A stretch of DNA of 64,000 nt from Candidatus Nomurabacteria bacterium (GTDB lineage: Bacteria; Patescibacteriota; Saccharimonadia; Saccharimonadales; JAGQNJ01): contig CP060231.1 of the NCBI GenBank assembly GCA_023898625.1, positions 413,986 through 477,985 on the forward strand, in the 5' to 3' direction. Shown here one piece after another: positions 27,413 to 37,959 of this stretch. The notes below the pieces were generated by a model that did no database searches, was not told the DNA's origin, and worked only from the letters and a program-made list of their open reading frames with translations. How positions within the stretch are numbered: position 1 is the first letter of the stretch; each line of letters opens with the position of its first letter. Made by a program: the position numbers and the translations under genes.

Positions 27413-27923
27413 TTATCCATTCCACAAGTTCAGCATTTGAATATCTCTCTGGAAAGTCAAATGGTTTGTCTTTATCCAGGTGATGTCTAAGAGCGCGCCC
27501 AGTGGCTCCATGGCTGACTACTAAGATTTTGCCATAGGGCAGAGTATGTAGGTATGCTATGGCTTGTTTAGCGCGAGCCAAAAATACATCAAGTTTTTCG
27601 GCATCGGCAATCCCATCATAATCAGTATCTGGTGTGTATGGTTGATTTTCCATAGCACCAAAATTACGTTCAATAAACAATGGGTTTACTTCTATTTTAT
27701 CGATCGGATACCCTATTTCTTTGGCAATTATCTTAGCAGTGTCATAAGCACGCGAAAGTGGAGAAGATATTATATGTTCAATGCCAAGATTTTTTGATTT
27801 TTCTCCAGTTATTTTAGCCTGTAGTTTTCCTTCTTTGGTTAGAGGTGTTTCTGTGATGCCAGCTACTCGTCTTTCTTTGTTTAATTGACTTAAGCCGTGT
27901 CTAACGAAGTATAAATGAGTCAT
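27405..27923 (-). CDS. Histidine phosphatase family protein (phosphoglycerate-mutase-like)
   Basis: Catalytic RHG motif LYFVRHGLSQLN, second His in VVSHGATGRALRHHL; start chosen at MTHLYF to avoid overlap with divergent tilS. Confidence 0.75.
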   Translation of the reverse strand: MTHLYFVRHGLSQLNKERRVAGITETPLTKEGKLQAKITGEKSKNLGIEHIISSPLSRAYDTAKIIAKEIGYPIDKIEVNPLFIERNFGAMENQPYTPDTDYDGIADAEKLDVFLARAKQAIAYLHTLPYGKILVVSHGATGRALRHHLDKDKPFDFPERYSNAELVEWIIT

Positions 27924-27941
27924 TGTTATATAATATAACAA

Positions 27942-28829
27942 ATGGAAGTTCAAATTAAGCCCGGAAAATATATTATTGCTGTTTCTGGCGGGGTTGATTC
28001 GGTGGTTTTATTGGATATATTAGCCAAACAGCACAACAATGAATTGATTGTGGCGCACTTTGATCATGGTATTCGGAGTGATTCAGAACAAGACAGAAAG
28101 TTTGTTGAAGATTTAGCTAAAAAATACAATTTGGAGTTTGAGTTTACAGAAGGAAATTTGGGCGCAAAAGCCAGCGAAGAATTAGCACGTAATGCTCGAT
28201 ATTCATATCTACAAGCAGTCAAGAAAAAGCACAACGCTCAGGCTATTATTACAGCGCATCACCAAGATGACGTACTAGAAACAGTTATTATTAATATGTT
28301 ACGAGGTACCGGCAGAAAAGGTATAAGTTCACTACAGAGCAGTAGCGAGATTATCAGACCATTAGTGTCTATTCCAAAAACAAAAATTTTAGAATATGCG
28401 AAAATTAGCAATCTAAAATGGCGAGAAGATTCTACAAATAGTGATGATGGATATTTACGCAATTGGGTGAGACACAATATTATCCCAAAACTAACCGTAA
28501 GTCAGAAACAATACCTTTTAGCTGAACAACAGAAGTTTGTGAATATAAATAAAGAGATAGACGCAATCCTGAGTGCGCTTGTAGGTAAGGATAATTGCTT
28601 AAATCGTCATCTGGTGATAATGCTACCACATAATCTTTCAAAGGAGCTGGTGGCGTATTGGCTAAGACGCAACAATATTGATTTTGACTCAAAATTAATA
28701 GAAAAAATTGTTATTAACGCAAAAACTCTTACTCCTGGAAAGAAAACAAACATCAGCAAAGAATTAAGTGTTAATCTTTGTGAAGATCGTTTATGTCTAG
28801 TATCCACGATTCGGAAAGATACTCTGTAG
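27942..28829 (+). CDS. tilS: tRNA(Ile)-lysidine synthetase TilS
   Basis: PP-loop motif AVSGGVDSVVLLDIL, HFDHGIRSDSEQD and overall TilS N-domain pattern. Confidence 0.8.
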   Translation: MEVQIKPGKYIIAVSGGVDSVVLLDILAKQHNNELIVAHFDHGIRSDSEQDRKFVEDLAKKYNLEFEFTEGNLGAKASEELARNARYSYLQAVKKKHNAQAIITAHHQDDVLETVIINMLRGTGRKGISSLQSSSEIIRPLVSIPKTKILEYAKISNLKWREDSTNSDDGYLRNWVRHNIIPKLTVSQKQYLLAEQQKFVNINKEIDAILSALVGKDNCLNRHLVIMLPHNLSKELVAYWLRRNNIDFDSKLIEKIVINAKTLTPGKKTNISKELSVNLCEDRLCLVSTIRKDTL

Positions 28830-28915
28830 TATATAGCACAACAAGTACTGCATAAGTTCAGAAACATATTGGACTCCTGAAGGCTAGCGATAGCTAGCTG
28901 GGAAGGAGTCTTTTT

Positions 28916-30041
28916 ATGCAACAGATATATACTGAATCATTCTTGAGGGGTTATGCTCGTAAGACTATGAGATCTATACAAGACATAACCCAACACCCAT
29001 ATAAACATGTAATTGAGCAAAGACTCAAGATAATTCAGTTCTATGATGATTTCGGGGAACAAGCCACCAGACAAGCTTTTAGCGTAAGTAGGAGCACTGT
29101 GTTCAGCTGGAAGAGGCGTCTAAAGGATAACAATGGCTCACTCAGATGTTTAGCTCCAAAGAGCACTGCACCAAAACACAAACGCAAGCGAATGGTAGAT
29201 ATGCGTATTACTAACTTTATTCTAGAACAAAGAAGCTTACACCCTAAGCTAAAGTAAAGATAAGCTGAAGCCGTATTACTCAAAGATGAGTGTACAGCTT
29301 GGAATCTAAAACCACCTTCGGCATCTACCGTAGGTAGAATCCTCAAAGACTTAAGTTTCAAGGCCTATTACCAAAATATACCAGGTTAACCGTTTCAGGT
29401 GCTACCGGCAAACTACTTGAGAAACAAAAGTCGTAAGCCAAGACTCAATAAACAACCGCAGGAATGGTTATCAGCCTGAGCAACCAGGAGATATGCTACA
29501 GATGAGACACTATTGTTAAGTTTATAAACGGTATACGCCGTTATGTACTTACAGCAGTAGATTACAAAAGGTAGATTCGGCTTTGCCTATGGCTATACTA
29601 GCCCCAGTAGTACCAACGCAGCAGACTTCCTGAACAAACTGCAAGCTGTTACCCCATTTGAGATCAGACGAGTGCATCATGAGCAATGGTAGTGAGTTCT
29701 ACAAACACTTCATAAGAGCCTGTGATGAACGAAACATTGAACAGCTCTGGAACTATCCCAAAAGACCTAAGAATAACGGAATGGTTGAAAGATTTAACCG
29801 TAGCATCCAAGAAGAGTTTATAGACTGGAACCTAGATAATCTAGCCTATGACCTTGAGGATTTCAATAATTCATTGATGGACTGGTGTATATGGTATAAC
29901 ACAAAAAGACCACATTATGGACTTGGTTTAAAAAGTCCAATGCAGTACTTACTAGAAGTGTTACAATTAAGCCAACAGGAGTCCAGAATGTTATGGACGG
30001 ATACACCTCCTTGCACTCTCCCCTTATATCATCTATCATAA
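28916..30041 (+). pseudogene. IS481-family (DDE/rve integrase-core) transposase, frameshifted pseudogene
   Basis: N-terminal HTH part intact (ORF 28916..29257, ...SRSTVFSWKRRL...). Middle readable only in other frames (..TVGRILKDL.., ..FINGIRRYVLTAVDYK..). C-terminal rve fragment in ORF 29658..30041 (SNGSEF, NGMVERFNRSIQEEF, YNTKRPHYGLGLKSP). Confidence 0.75.
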
Positions 30042-30249
30042 GCACTATAAGAAATAATTTCTTATATAACATTAAATTAATAAAAAAGAGGGTGTAATAA
30101 ATAAACTAACCATGAAAGACCTACTAACTAAGCTATCTATAACAAAACAAAGTAAAAATTATAAACTATCTAAGTACTATCCCTACTATTCACTATAACC
30201 ACCCTCATACCATTAACCACCAATACAGCCAATGCTACACCACTACCTA

Positions 30250-31332
30250 CTGAGTGTGCCTGAGCATGCCTGGACCGTTGGCACGAACGATGGTATTAAA
30301 CTCAATATCCCTAAGACGTAACCACCGACGCCTCTGGCAATGTCTATGTCGCAGATTCTGACAACAATCGCATCCAAGTTCGACTCTTCTGGAACCTTCC
30401 TAGCTAAGTGGGGAACATATGGCTCAGCAGATGAGTGAGTTTGACTCTCCCCAAGGCATAACCACCGACGCCTCTGGCAATGTCTATGTCGTAGATACCT
30501 ACAACTACCGTATCCAGAAGTTCACCTCCACCGGCACCTTCCCTAGCTAAGTGGGGAGACATCTGGCTCAGCAGATGGTGAGTTTGACTCTCCCCAAGGC
30601 ATAACCACCGACGCCTCTGGCAATGTCTATGTCGTAGATACCTACAACTACCGTATCCAGAAGTTCACCTCCACCGGCACCTTCCTAGCTAAGTGGGGAA
30701 CATCTGGCTCGGCAGATGGGAGTTTGCTATCCTCTGCCGGCAACCACCGACTCCTCCGGCAATGTCTATGTTGCAGATTCTAGCAACAACCGTATCCAAA
30801 AGTTCGACTCCACCGGCACCTTCCTAGCTAAGTGGGGAACATATGGCACAGCAGATGGTGAGTTTAATACACCTCGTGGCATAACCACCGACACCTCCTG
30901 GCAATGTCTACGTGGCAGATACAACAACAACCGCATCCAAAAGTTCGACCCATCCGGCACTTTCCTAACCAAATGGGAGCAGTAACGGCTCGGCAGATGG
31001 TGAGTTTAATACTCCTCGGCGCAACCACCGACACCTCCGGCAATGTCTATGTTGCAGATTCTAGCAACAACCGTATCCAAAAAGTTTGACTCCTCTGGAA
31101 CTTTCCTACTTAAATTTGGTATGCCTAGCAGTGAAAACGGTAAATTCTACTTCCCATATAGCATCGCCACCGACTCCTCCGGCAATGTCTACGTCGCCGA
31201 TACAGCAACAACCGCATCCAAAAGTTCATGCTCCACTGGCACCTTCCTAGCCAAATGGGGCAGTAATGGCTCAGCTGATGGGGAGTTTAATGCACCCCTA
31301 GCATCACCACCGACTCCTCCGGCAATGTCTAT
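30250..31332 (+). pseudogene. Decayed 5' portion of an NHL-repeat propeller gene (141-bp tandem repeats with multiple frameshifts), continuous with intact ORF 31333..32511
   Basis: Repeated TTD(T/S)SGNVYVADS.NNRIQKF.STGTFL.KWG...ADGEF..P.GI units are readable only by hopping frames. Indels sit in homopolymers (ccaaaaagtttgac, ttccctagc). Confidence 0.65.
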
Positions 31333-32511
31333 GTGACTGATATGGGCAACAACCGAATCCAAAAGTTCACCTCCACCGGCACCTTCCTCACCAAGTGGGG
31401 AGCTACTGGCTCGGCAGATGGTGAGTTTAATCACCCTCGTGGCATCACCACCGACTCCTCCGGCAATGTCTATGTGACTGATATGGGCAACCGCCGCATC
31501 CAAAAGTTCAACTCCACCGGCACCTTCCTAGCCAAATGGGGCAGTAGTGGTTCAGCCGATGGAGAATTTAATGATCCTTTTGGCATTACCACCGACTCCT
31601 CTGGCAATGTCTATGTAGCCGATATGGGCAACAACCGCATCCAGAAGTTCGATGCTAACGGCACCTTCCTCACCAAGTGGGGAGCATCTGGCTCGGCTGA
31701 TGGGGAGTTTAGCTATCCTGCCAGCATCACCACCGACTCCTCCGGCAATGTCTATGTGACTGATATGGGCAACAACCGAATCCAAAAGTTCACCTCCACC
31801 GGCACCTTCCTCACCAAGTGGGGAGCTTCTGGCTCGGCTGATGGGGAGTTTAATTCACCCGTAGGCATCACCACCGACTCCTCCGGCAATGTCTATGTAG
31901 CTGATTCTGGCAACAACCGCATCCAAAAGTTCGCCTACCCTAGCGAAGAACCTGAAACCCCAGAAGAACCTTCCTCCGACTCTGATGGTATCCCCGACAC
32001 CATCGAAAACTCTTCCCCCAACTCTGGCGATGCTAACAACGATGGCATAGCCGATAGCACTCAAGCTAATGTAGCTAGCTATGTTAACCCAGTAACAAAT
32101 AGCTATGTAGTACTCCAAACATCTAGTGAATGTAGTATCACTGCCACTACTACAACTAGTGAAGATAACCTAACTATAAAAGACTCTGGCTATAACTATC
32201 CAGTAGGACTAACTAACTTCACTACTGACTGTAACACCCCAGGCTTTACTGCTACCATAAATCTCTACTACTACAACCTAGATAGTACTAACTACACTCT
32301 AAGAAAACATAACCCTAACAATAACTCTTTCCTTACTATAGCTAACCCTACACTAACTAACCTAACTATAGACAATAAACCAGTAACCAAAGTAACCTAC
32401 CAAGTTACTGACGGACAACAACTAGACATAGACAACACCACTAACGGAACCATAGTAGACCCAGTAGGCCTAGCTACACTAGCTGTAGGAAGTCCTAATA
32501 CGGGGTTGTAA
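31333..32511 (+). CDS. NHL-repeat beta-propeller surface protein with conserved C-terminal domain ending ...DPVGLATLAVGSPNTGL
   Basis: Five 47-aa NHL repeats, an acidic P/E/S linker, then a roughly 120-aa C-terminal domain shared with the LRR protein at 20223..22070. Confidence 0.75.
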   Translation: MTDMGNNRIQKFTSTGTFLTKWGATGSADGEFNHPRGITTDSSGNVYVTDMGNRRIQKFNSTGTFLAKWGSSGSADGEFNDPFGITTDSSGNVYVADMGNNRIQKFDANGTFLTKWGASGSADGEFSYPASITTDSSGNVYVTDMGNNRIQKFTSTGTFLTKWGASGSADGEFNSPVGITTDSSGNVYVADSGNNRIQKFAYPSEEPETPEEPSSDSDGIPDTIENSSPNSGDANNDGIADSTQANVASYVNPVTNSYVVLQTSSECSITATTTTSEDNLTIKDSGYNYPVGLTNFTTDCNTPGFTATINLYYYNLDSTNYTLRKHNPNNNSFLTIANPTLTNLTIDNKPVTKVTYQVTDGQQLDIDNTTNGTIVDPVGLATLAVGSPNTGL

Positions 32512-32568
32512 GCTATCTTAGTTTTTAGTAGCCACATTTAAGACAACTCTGTATAATGTTGCAAGTAT

Positions 32569-34440
32569 ATGGATAAAAAAGCATTTAAACGTAAAGGTGG
32601 AAATAAAGATTATAACCGTAATCGTGGGTTTAAGAGCGTTGGTTTTATTGCTCTTATAATATTGTTTGGTTTAATAGTTTTTGCTGCCTATAATCAACCT
32701 AGTAAACTGAAAGAAGTTCCCTTATCTGAGGTTGTTGAACAAGCAAACAAGGGTGAAGTAGAGCACATAACTATTACCGGTAATGAACTAGAAGTTACAA
32801 AGAAGGGTGAATCTTCTGCAACAATACAGTCTCGCAAAGAACCAGGGTCTAGTATTTATGAACAAGGCCTAGAGCAAGGCAAGACAACAGTCGAGGTTAA
32901 ACAAGAGTCAAATAGTGGTAGCACTTGGGCTAACTTAGGTATCTCTATACTACCGGTACTAATAATAACGGCAGTTTTGTTCTTTATGCTAAGGAGTGCG
33001 CAGGGTCAAGGCAATCAGGCAATGAGCTTTGGTAAAAGCAAAGCTAGGTTGTACGGTAACGAAAAGGACAAAGTTATATTCAAGGATATTGCCGGAACTG
33101 AAGAAGCAAAAGAAGATCTAGAAGAAGTTGTCGAATTTTTGAAGTATCCCAAAAAGTTCGAATCAGTCGGCGCTAAGATTCCAAAAGGTGTTTTATTGGT
33201 TGGGCCTCCAGGAACAGGAAAAACCATGTTAGCTCGTGCGGTAGCCGGTGAAGCTAACGTGCCATTTTTTAGTATTTCTGGTTCAGAATTTGTAGAAATG
33301 TTTGTGGGAGTTGGTGCATCAAGGGTGCGAGATTTGTTTGCCAAAGCCAAAAAGAATGCACCGTGCATAATTTTTGTTGACGAAATTGACGCTGTTGGGC
33401 GAAAACGTGGTAGTGGTATGGGTGGTGGACATGATGAGCGAGAGCAGACACTAAACCAGATTTTAGTTGAAATGGATGGATTTGAGCAGGGTCAGAATGT
33501 AATAATATTGGCGGCAACTAACCGGGCAGATGTGCTCGACCCAGCATTATTACGTCCTGGTCGTTTTGATAGAAGGGTAAATATTGGATTGCCTGACAGA
33601 AAAGACAGAGAAGCAATCTTAAAGGTTCATTTTGCCAAAAAACCACTGGCTCACAATGTAGATTTAGATGCCTTGGCTGCTAAAACTGCTGGATCTTCAG
33701 GGGCTGATTTATCGAATATAGCAAATGAGTCGGCAATAATTGCGGCACGTCATGACCGCAAAGAAATAACCCAGAACGATGTTACGTCTGCCTTTGAGAA
33801 AGTTGCAATTGGGCCAGAGCGCAAGAGTAAAATTATGAACGACAAAGATAAAGAGATGACTGCCTATCACGAAGCCGGACATGCGATCGTTGGGCATGTA
33901 TTACCAGATAGCGATATGGTACACAAGGTTACGATTATTCCTCGTGGTGGAACAGGTGGTGTAACATGGTTTATCCCCCCTGAAGACAAAAGCTACCATA
34001 GTATTATCGAATACAAAGATGTATTGGCGAGAGCATTGGGTGGACGTATTGCCGAAGAGATTGTTTATGGCACCGAACGGGTAACAACTGGAGCCGGAAA
34101 CGACCTTCAAAAAGCCGCGGAGCTTGCCAGAGACATGGTGATAAATCAAGGCATGGGGCGTAAATTACGCAACCAAGTTTTTCATGTTGAGGATGGTATG
34201 ATGCTTGATAAATTGGTGCATGAAAGAGAATACTCTGACCAAACCGCCAAAGTTATTGATGACGAAGTAGAGCACCTAATTACAGAAGCTGCTCATAGAG
34301 CTAGAGAAGTCATCAAGGCCAACAAACATAAACTAGAAGAATTAAAGCAAGCGTTATTACTCAAAGAAACCGTTGAGGCAGAAGAAGTTGAAGAAATTCT
34401 TAAAGGCTCACATATGCCTTCATCCGCTGCACTGTATTAA
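32569..34440 (+). CDS. ftsH: ATP-dependent zinc metalloprotease FtsH
   Basis: Walker [15 protein letters not shown] region, zinc motif HEAGHA, and an N-terminal TM pair. Confidence 0.95.
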   Translation: MDKKAFKRKGGNKDYNRNRGFKSVGFIALIILFGLIVFAAYNQPSKLKEVPLSEVVEQANKGEVEHITITGNELEVTKKGESSATIQSRKEPGSSIYEQGLEQGKTTVEVKQESNSGSTWANLGISILPVLIITAVLFFMLRSAQGQGNQAMSFGKSKARLYGNEKDKVIFKDIAGTEEAKEDLEEVVEFLKYPKKFESVGAKIPKGVLLVGPPGTGKTMLARAVAGEANVPFFSISGSEFVEMFVGVGASRVRDLFAKAKKNAPCIIFVDEIDAVGRKRGSGMGGGHDEREQTLNQILVEMDGFEQGQNVIILAATNRADVLDPALLRPGRFDRRVNIGLPDRKDREAILKVHFAKKPLAHNVDLDALAAKTAGSSGADLSNIANESAIIAARHDRKEITQNDVTSAFEKVAIGPERKSKIMNDKDKEMTAYHEAGHAIVGHVLPDSDMVHKVTIIPRGGTGGVTWFIPPEDKSYHSIIEYKDVLARALGGRIAEEIVYGTERVTTGAGNDLQKAAELARDMVINQGMGRKLRNQVFHVEDGMMLDKLVHEREYSDQTAKVIDDEVEHLITEAAHRAREVIKANKHKLEELKQALLLKETVEAEEVEEILKGSHMPSSAALY

Positions 34441-34492
34441 AACCTGATTTTTTACTAGCCGTCTGCGATTTACATCGCTATAATTAATACAA

Positions 34493-36076
34493 ATGAATAG
34501 AATATTAAGTCGCGCTAATAAGAAAATATCACTTGGTAGCGCAGCAACGTTACTTGTTGTTGTGGCAATGATTGGTCAGCTACTAGGATTTATGCGTAAT
34601 AGGTTGATTAGCACCAACTTTACGGTGGTGAATCCAGGTTCATCTGATGCATTCTTTTCTGCCTTTGTGATACCAGATTTCTTTTATTTCACGATTGCTG
34701 CGGGGGCTTTAGGAGTAGCATTTATGCCGGTATTGGCAGATAAAATCGCATCCGGCAACAAAAAAGCAGTGCAGGATATCACTAACAGTTTACTTAACGT
34801 AACGATTATTGCGATGTTTGCGGTGGCGGTTATTATATTTGCCTTTGCAGAACCTCTAATGCATGCGCTTGCCCCTAATTTGCCTGCTGAAAACTTTAAC
34901 CAAGCCGTAACTATCATGAGATTATTAGCTCTAAATCCAATGTTTTTTGCAATCGGAGGTATAGTTACCTCTTTGCAACAGACTTACGGAAGGTTTTTCT
35001 TTTATGCGATTTCTTCTCTCTTTTATAATGTATCGATAATAATTTCGGTTTTTTTATTTAAGGATAATATTGGTGTAGTTGGCTTAGGTATTGGGGCTCT
35101 AGTTGGTGGAATATTGCAAATGTTAGTTTCTTTACTCGGCTTAACAGGATTAGGATATAGGTACTCTCCTAAAATAAACTGGAAGAGTGCTGACTTTAGG
35201 TTTGTGCTAAGACAAATACCTCCAAGATCACTAGACCAAGGAATAGATCAGATAAACAGCGTCGTAGAAATCAACAGAGCCCAAGCGCTGGGTGTTGGTC
35301 CGGTTAGCTATTACACCTATGCCACAACACTACATAATGTGCCTATAATGTTAATTGGTAACTCAATTGCAACGGCGGCTTTTCCAAGACTCATCGAGAG
35401 ACTTTCGCAAAATAGACCAGATTTGTTTAGACGTGATTTTGTTAAAGTGCTTCTGACTATGTTATGGTTAGTAACTCCGGTGGCGATTGTCGGGTATTTT
35501 ACTCGTGGGTATCTTGCTCGCGTTATTTTTGGTGATGTGGCGCCTGAAGTTGCACTGATATTTGGGTATTTAATTGCTGCGATTGTTGGTAGGATAATCT
35601 ACTCGATGTTATCAAGATACTTCTATGCATATAAAGATACGTTGACTCCACTTTATGTATCAATTTTTGCTATCGGGCTTAATATCTACTTGGCTTTCAC
35701 ATTGGCCAAATCAGATTCGTATGGAGTCGCTGGTCTTGCATTGGCTCAGTCGATTGTGGCGTTGAGTGAGGTCGGTATTTTAATGATAGTTATGATGATT
35801 CGTGATCGAAAAATTTTCAATATGTATTTTTGGTCTAATATACTCAAGTTGATATCAGTAGCAGGGTTTAGTGTTCTTTCTGCTTTTGTTGCTATTTCTT
35901 TGTTTCCACTTAATCTTTCAGACAAAGGAATTGTCGCATTGGGGAGTAAGTTATTTATAGTTGGCGGAATAACATTTACCACTCATTTGATTGTTTCATT
36001 TATTTTTGGTTTAGATCAAGCAAAAATCGTAGTAGCCAAAACCAAAGAAATTATCCTAAAACCAATAAGGGTTTAA
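34493..36076 (+). CDS. murJ: Lipid II flippase MurJ (MviN family)
   Basis: Polytopic membrane protein with N-terminal LLGFMRNRLISTNFG...SDAFFSAFVIPDFFY, typical of MurJ. Confidence 0.8.
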   Translation: MNRILSRANKKISLGSAATLLVVVAMIGQLLGFMRNRLISTNFTVVNPGSSDAFFSAFVIPDFFYFTIAAGALGVAFMPVLADKIASGNKKAVQDITNSLLNVTIIAMFAVAVIIFAFAEPLMHALAPNLPAENFNQAVTIMRLLALNPMFFAIGGIVTSLQQTYGRFFFYAISSLFYNVSIIISVFLFKDNIGVVGLGIGALVGGILQMLVSLLGLTGLGYRYSPKINWKSADFRFVLRQIPPRSLDQGIDQINSVVEINRAQALGVGPVSYYTYATTLHNVPIMLIGNSIATAAFPRLIERLSQNRPDLFRRDFVKVLLTMLWLVTPVAIVGYFTRGYLARVIFGDVAPEVALIFGYLIAAIVGRIIYSMLSRYFYAYKDTLTPLYVSIFAIGLNIYLAFTLAKSDSYGVAGLALAQSIVALSEVGILMIVMMIRDRKIFNMYFWSNILKLISVAGFSVLSAFVAISLFPLNLSDKGIVALGSKLFIVGGITFTTHLIVSFIFGLDQAKIVVAKTKEIILKPIRV

Positions 36077-36122
36077 GCTCAACTAGTCGTTTATTCGTAC
36101 CTCTGTTATACTAGATACAATT

Positions 36123-37898
36123 ATGCAGGAAAAAATTAGGAACTTTTGCATTATTGCGCATATTGATCACGGAAAATCAACTTTAGCCGACAGGCTTTTA
36201 GAGTTGACCGATACTGTAAAAAAACGTGATATGAAAGCTCAACTACTGGATAGAATGGATCTTGAGCGAGAAAAAGGAATAACAATCAAACTGCAACCTG
36301 TACGCATGGAGTATAAAGGACATCAGTTAAACCTTATTGATACCCCGGGGCATGTAGACTTTAGTTATGAAGTTTCCCGAAGTTTGCAGGCATGTGAGGG
36401 TGCTATTTTGGTTGTTGATGCTTCTCAAGGTATCCAAGCACAGACCTTAGCGAATGTGTATTTGGCTATCGCTAGCGATTTAAAGATCATACCGGTACTT
36501 AATAAGATTGATTTGCCTGCTTCGAACCCCGATAAGGTCAGTGACGAAATAATTTCCTTGTTGGGATGTAAAAAAGAAGAAATCTTACACATATCTGCAA
36601 AAACCGGACAAGGCGTCGATGCTGTATTAGAAAAAGTCGTTTCTGACATACCTCCACCTACCGGAACTAGCAAAGATCGGGCAAGGGCACTAATATTTGA
36701 TAGCTACTATGATGATTATCGTGGGGTTATTTTGTATGTTCGTTTGGTGGATGGTGCGCTGAAAAAGAATGACGAGATCGTTATGATAGCTACTGGTGCT
36801 CAGGGAATTGCCCTTGAAGTAGGAGCCCTAAAACCAGACATGTCATCATTACCACAAATTGAAACTGGCGAAATCGGCTACATAGTGACAAATCTTAAAA
36901 GTACAAGAGAGGCAAAAGTTGGTGACACTATCACTATAGCAAAGAACCCGGCCGTATCACCCCTACCCGGATATAAAGATGTTAAGCCATTTGTATATGC
37001 CGGGTTTTTCCCGACTAGCAACGAATTTTACGCCACTCTCAAAGAAGCGATCGAGAAGTTGTCTTTGTCTGACTCTGCATTACAGTTTAGTCCTGAAAAT
37101 TCACCAGTTTTAGGATTTGGAATGCGTATTGGATTTTTGGGTTTATTGCACATGGACATCATCAAAGAACGGCTAGAACGTGAGTATGACCTAGAATTAA
37201 TCGTTACCAATCCATCGACTGATTATCAAATTATTTTGAATAGTGGGGAAGAAGTTGAGATAAGATCCGCCTCGGAACTACCAGACGTAACTAATATTGC
37301 CGAAATAAAAGAGCCGTGGATTTCAGGAGAAGTTGTCGTGCCGCAAAAGTATGTAGGAGCTGTTATACAGCTAGTTGCTAGCAAACGAGGTTTGCAAAAA
37401 AATATATCATATGTCGACGATCTGACTGTCATAAATTTTGAAGCGCCGTTAGCTAATTTATTAACAGATTTTTACGATCAGCTTAAAACCGTGACTAGTG
37501 GATATGGTACTTTTAACTACGAACTAGCAGAATATCGTGCTGAAGATTTGGTTAAGGTTGACTTTTATGTGGCGGGCGATATGGTTGAGGCATTATCTGT
37601 TATCGTGCATCGATCTGAAGCGCAAAGCCTTGGGCGAGAGATAGTTAAAAAATTAAAAGATGTTATTCCGCGACAGCAGTTTAAGGTTGCGCTACAAGCA
37701 GGAATTGGTGGTAAGTTTATTGCGCGTGAAGACGTTAGTTCTTATCGTAAAGACGTTACTGCAAAACTATATGGCGGTGATGTGACACGGCGAAAAAAAT
37801 TACTTGAAAAACAGAAGCGTGGCAAAGAACGGATGAAACGGTTCGGTTCAGTTGACATACCTGCTGAGGCATTCACCGTACTTCTGAAAAGAGACTAG
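36123..37898 (+). CDS. lepA: Elongation factor 4 (LepA)
   Basis: IRNFCIIAHIDHGKSTLADRLLE G-domain, DTPGHVDF, LepA-specific C-terminal region. Confidence 0.95.
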   Translation: MQEKIRNFCIIAHIDHGKSTLADRLLELTDTVKKRDMKAQLLDRMDLEREKGITIKLQPVRMEYKGHQLNLIDTPGHVDFSYEVSRSLQACEGAILVVDASQGIQAQTLANVYLAIASDLKIIPVLNKIDLPASNPDKVSDEIISLLGCKKEEILHISAKTGQGVDAVLEKVVSDIPPPTGTSKDRARALIFDSYYDDYRGVILYVRLVDGALKKNDEIVMIATGAQGIALEVGALKPDMSSLPQIETGEIGYIVTNLKSTREAKVGDTITIAKNPAVSPLPGYKDVKPFVYAGFFPTSNEFYATLKEAIEKLSLSDSALQFSPENSPVLGFGMRIGFLGLLHMDIIKERLEREYDLELIVTNPSTDYQIILNSGEEVEIRSASELPDVTNIAEIKEPWISGEVVVPQKYVGAVIQLVASKRGLQKNISYVDDLTVINFEAPLANLLTDFYDQLKTVTSGYGTFNYELAEYRAEDLVKVDFYVAGDMVEALSVIVHRSEAQSLGREIVKKLKDVIPRQQFKVALQAGIGGKFIAREDVSSYRKDVTAKLYGGDVTRRKKLLEKQKRGKERMKRFGSVDIPAEAFTVLLKRD

Positions 37899-37959
37899 CT
37901 TGGCGTTTGCATAACCATTGTTTTGTTGTTAAAGTACCTATAATGATTATGTAAAAATT

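Noticed and set aside
31189-32118. Antisense ORFs (31189..31503, 31552..31785, 31855..32118) within the NHL repeat gene
   Set aside because: Repeat-generated mirror ORFs on the opposite strand of a well-supported NHL repeat CDS.
20223-32511. Diversity-generating retroelement (template/variable repeat) explanation for the near-identical C-termini of the LRR and NHL proteins
   Set aside because: No reverse transcriptase gene is in the window. The two copies differ by mixed substitutions without adenine specificity, and similarity extends over a whole roughly 120-aa domain, as expected for paralogous domains.
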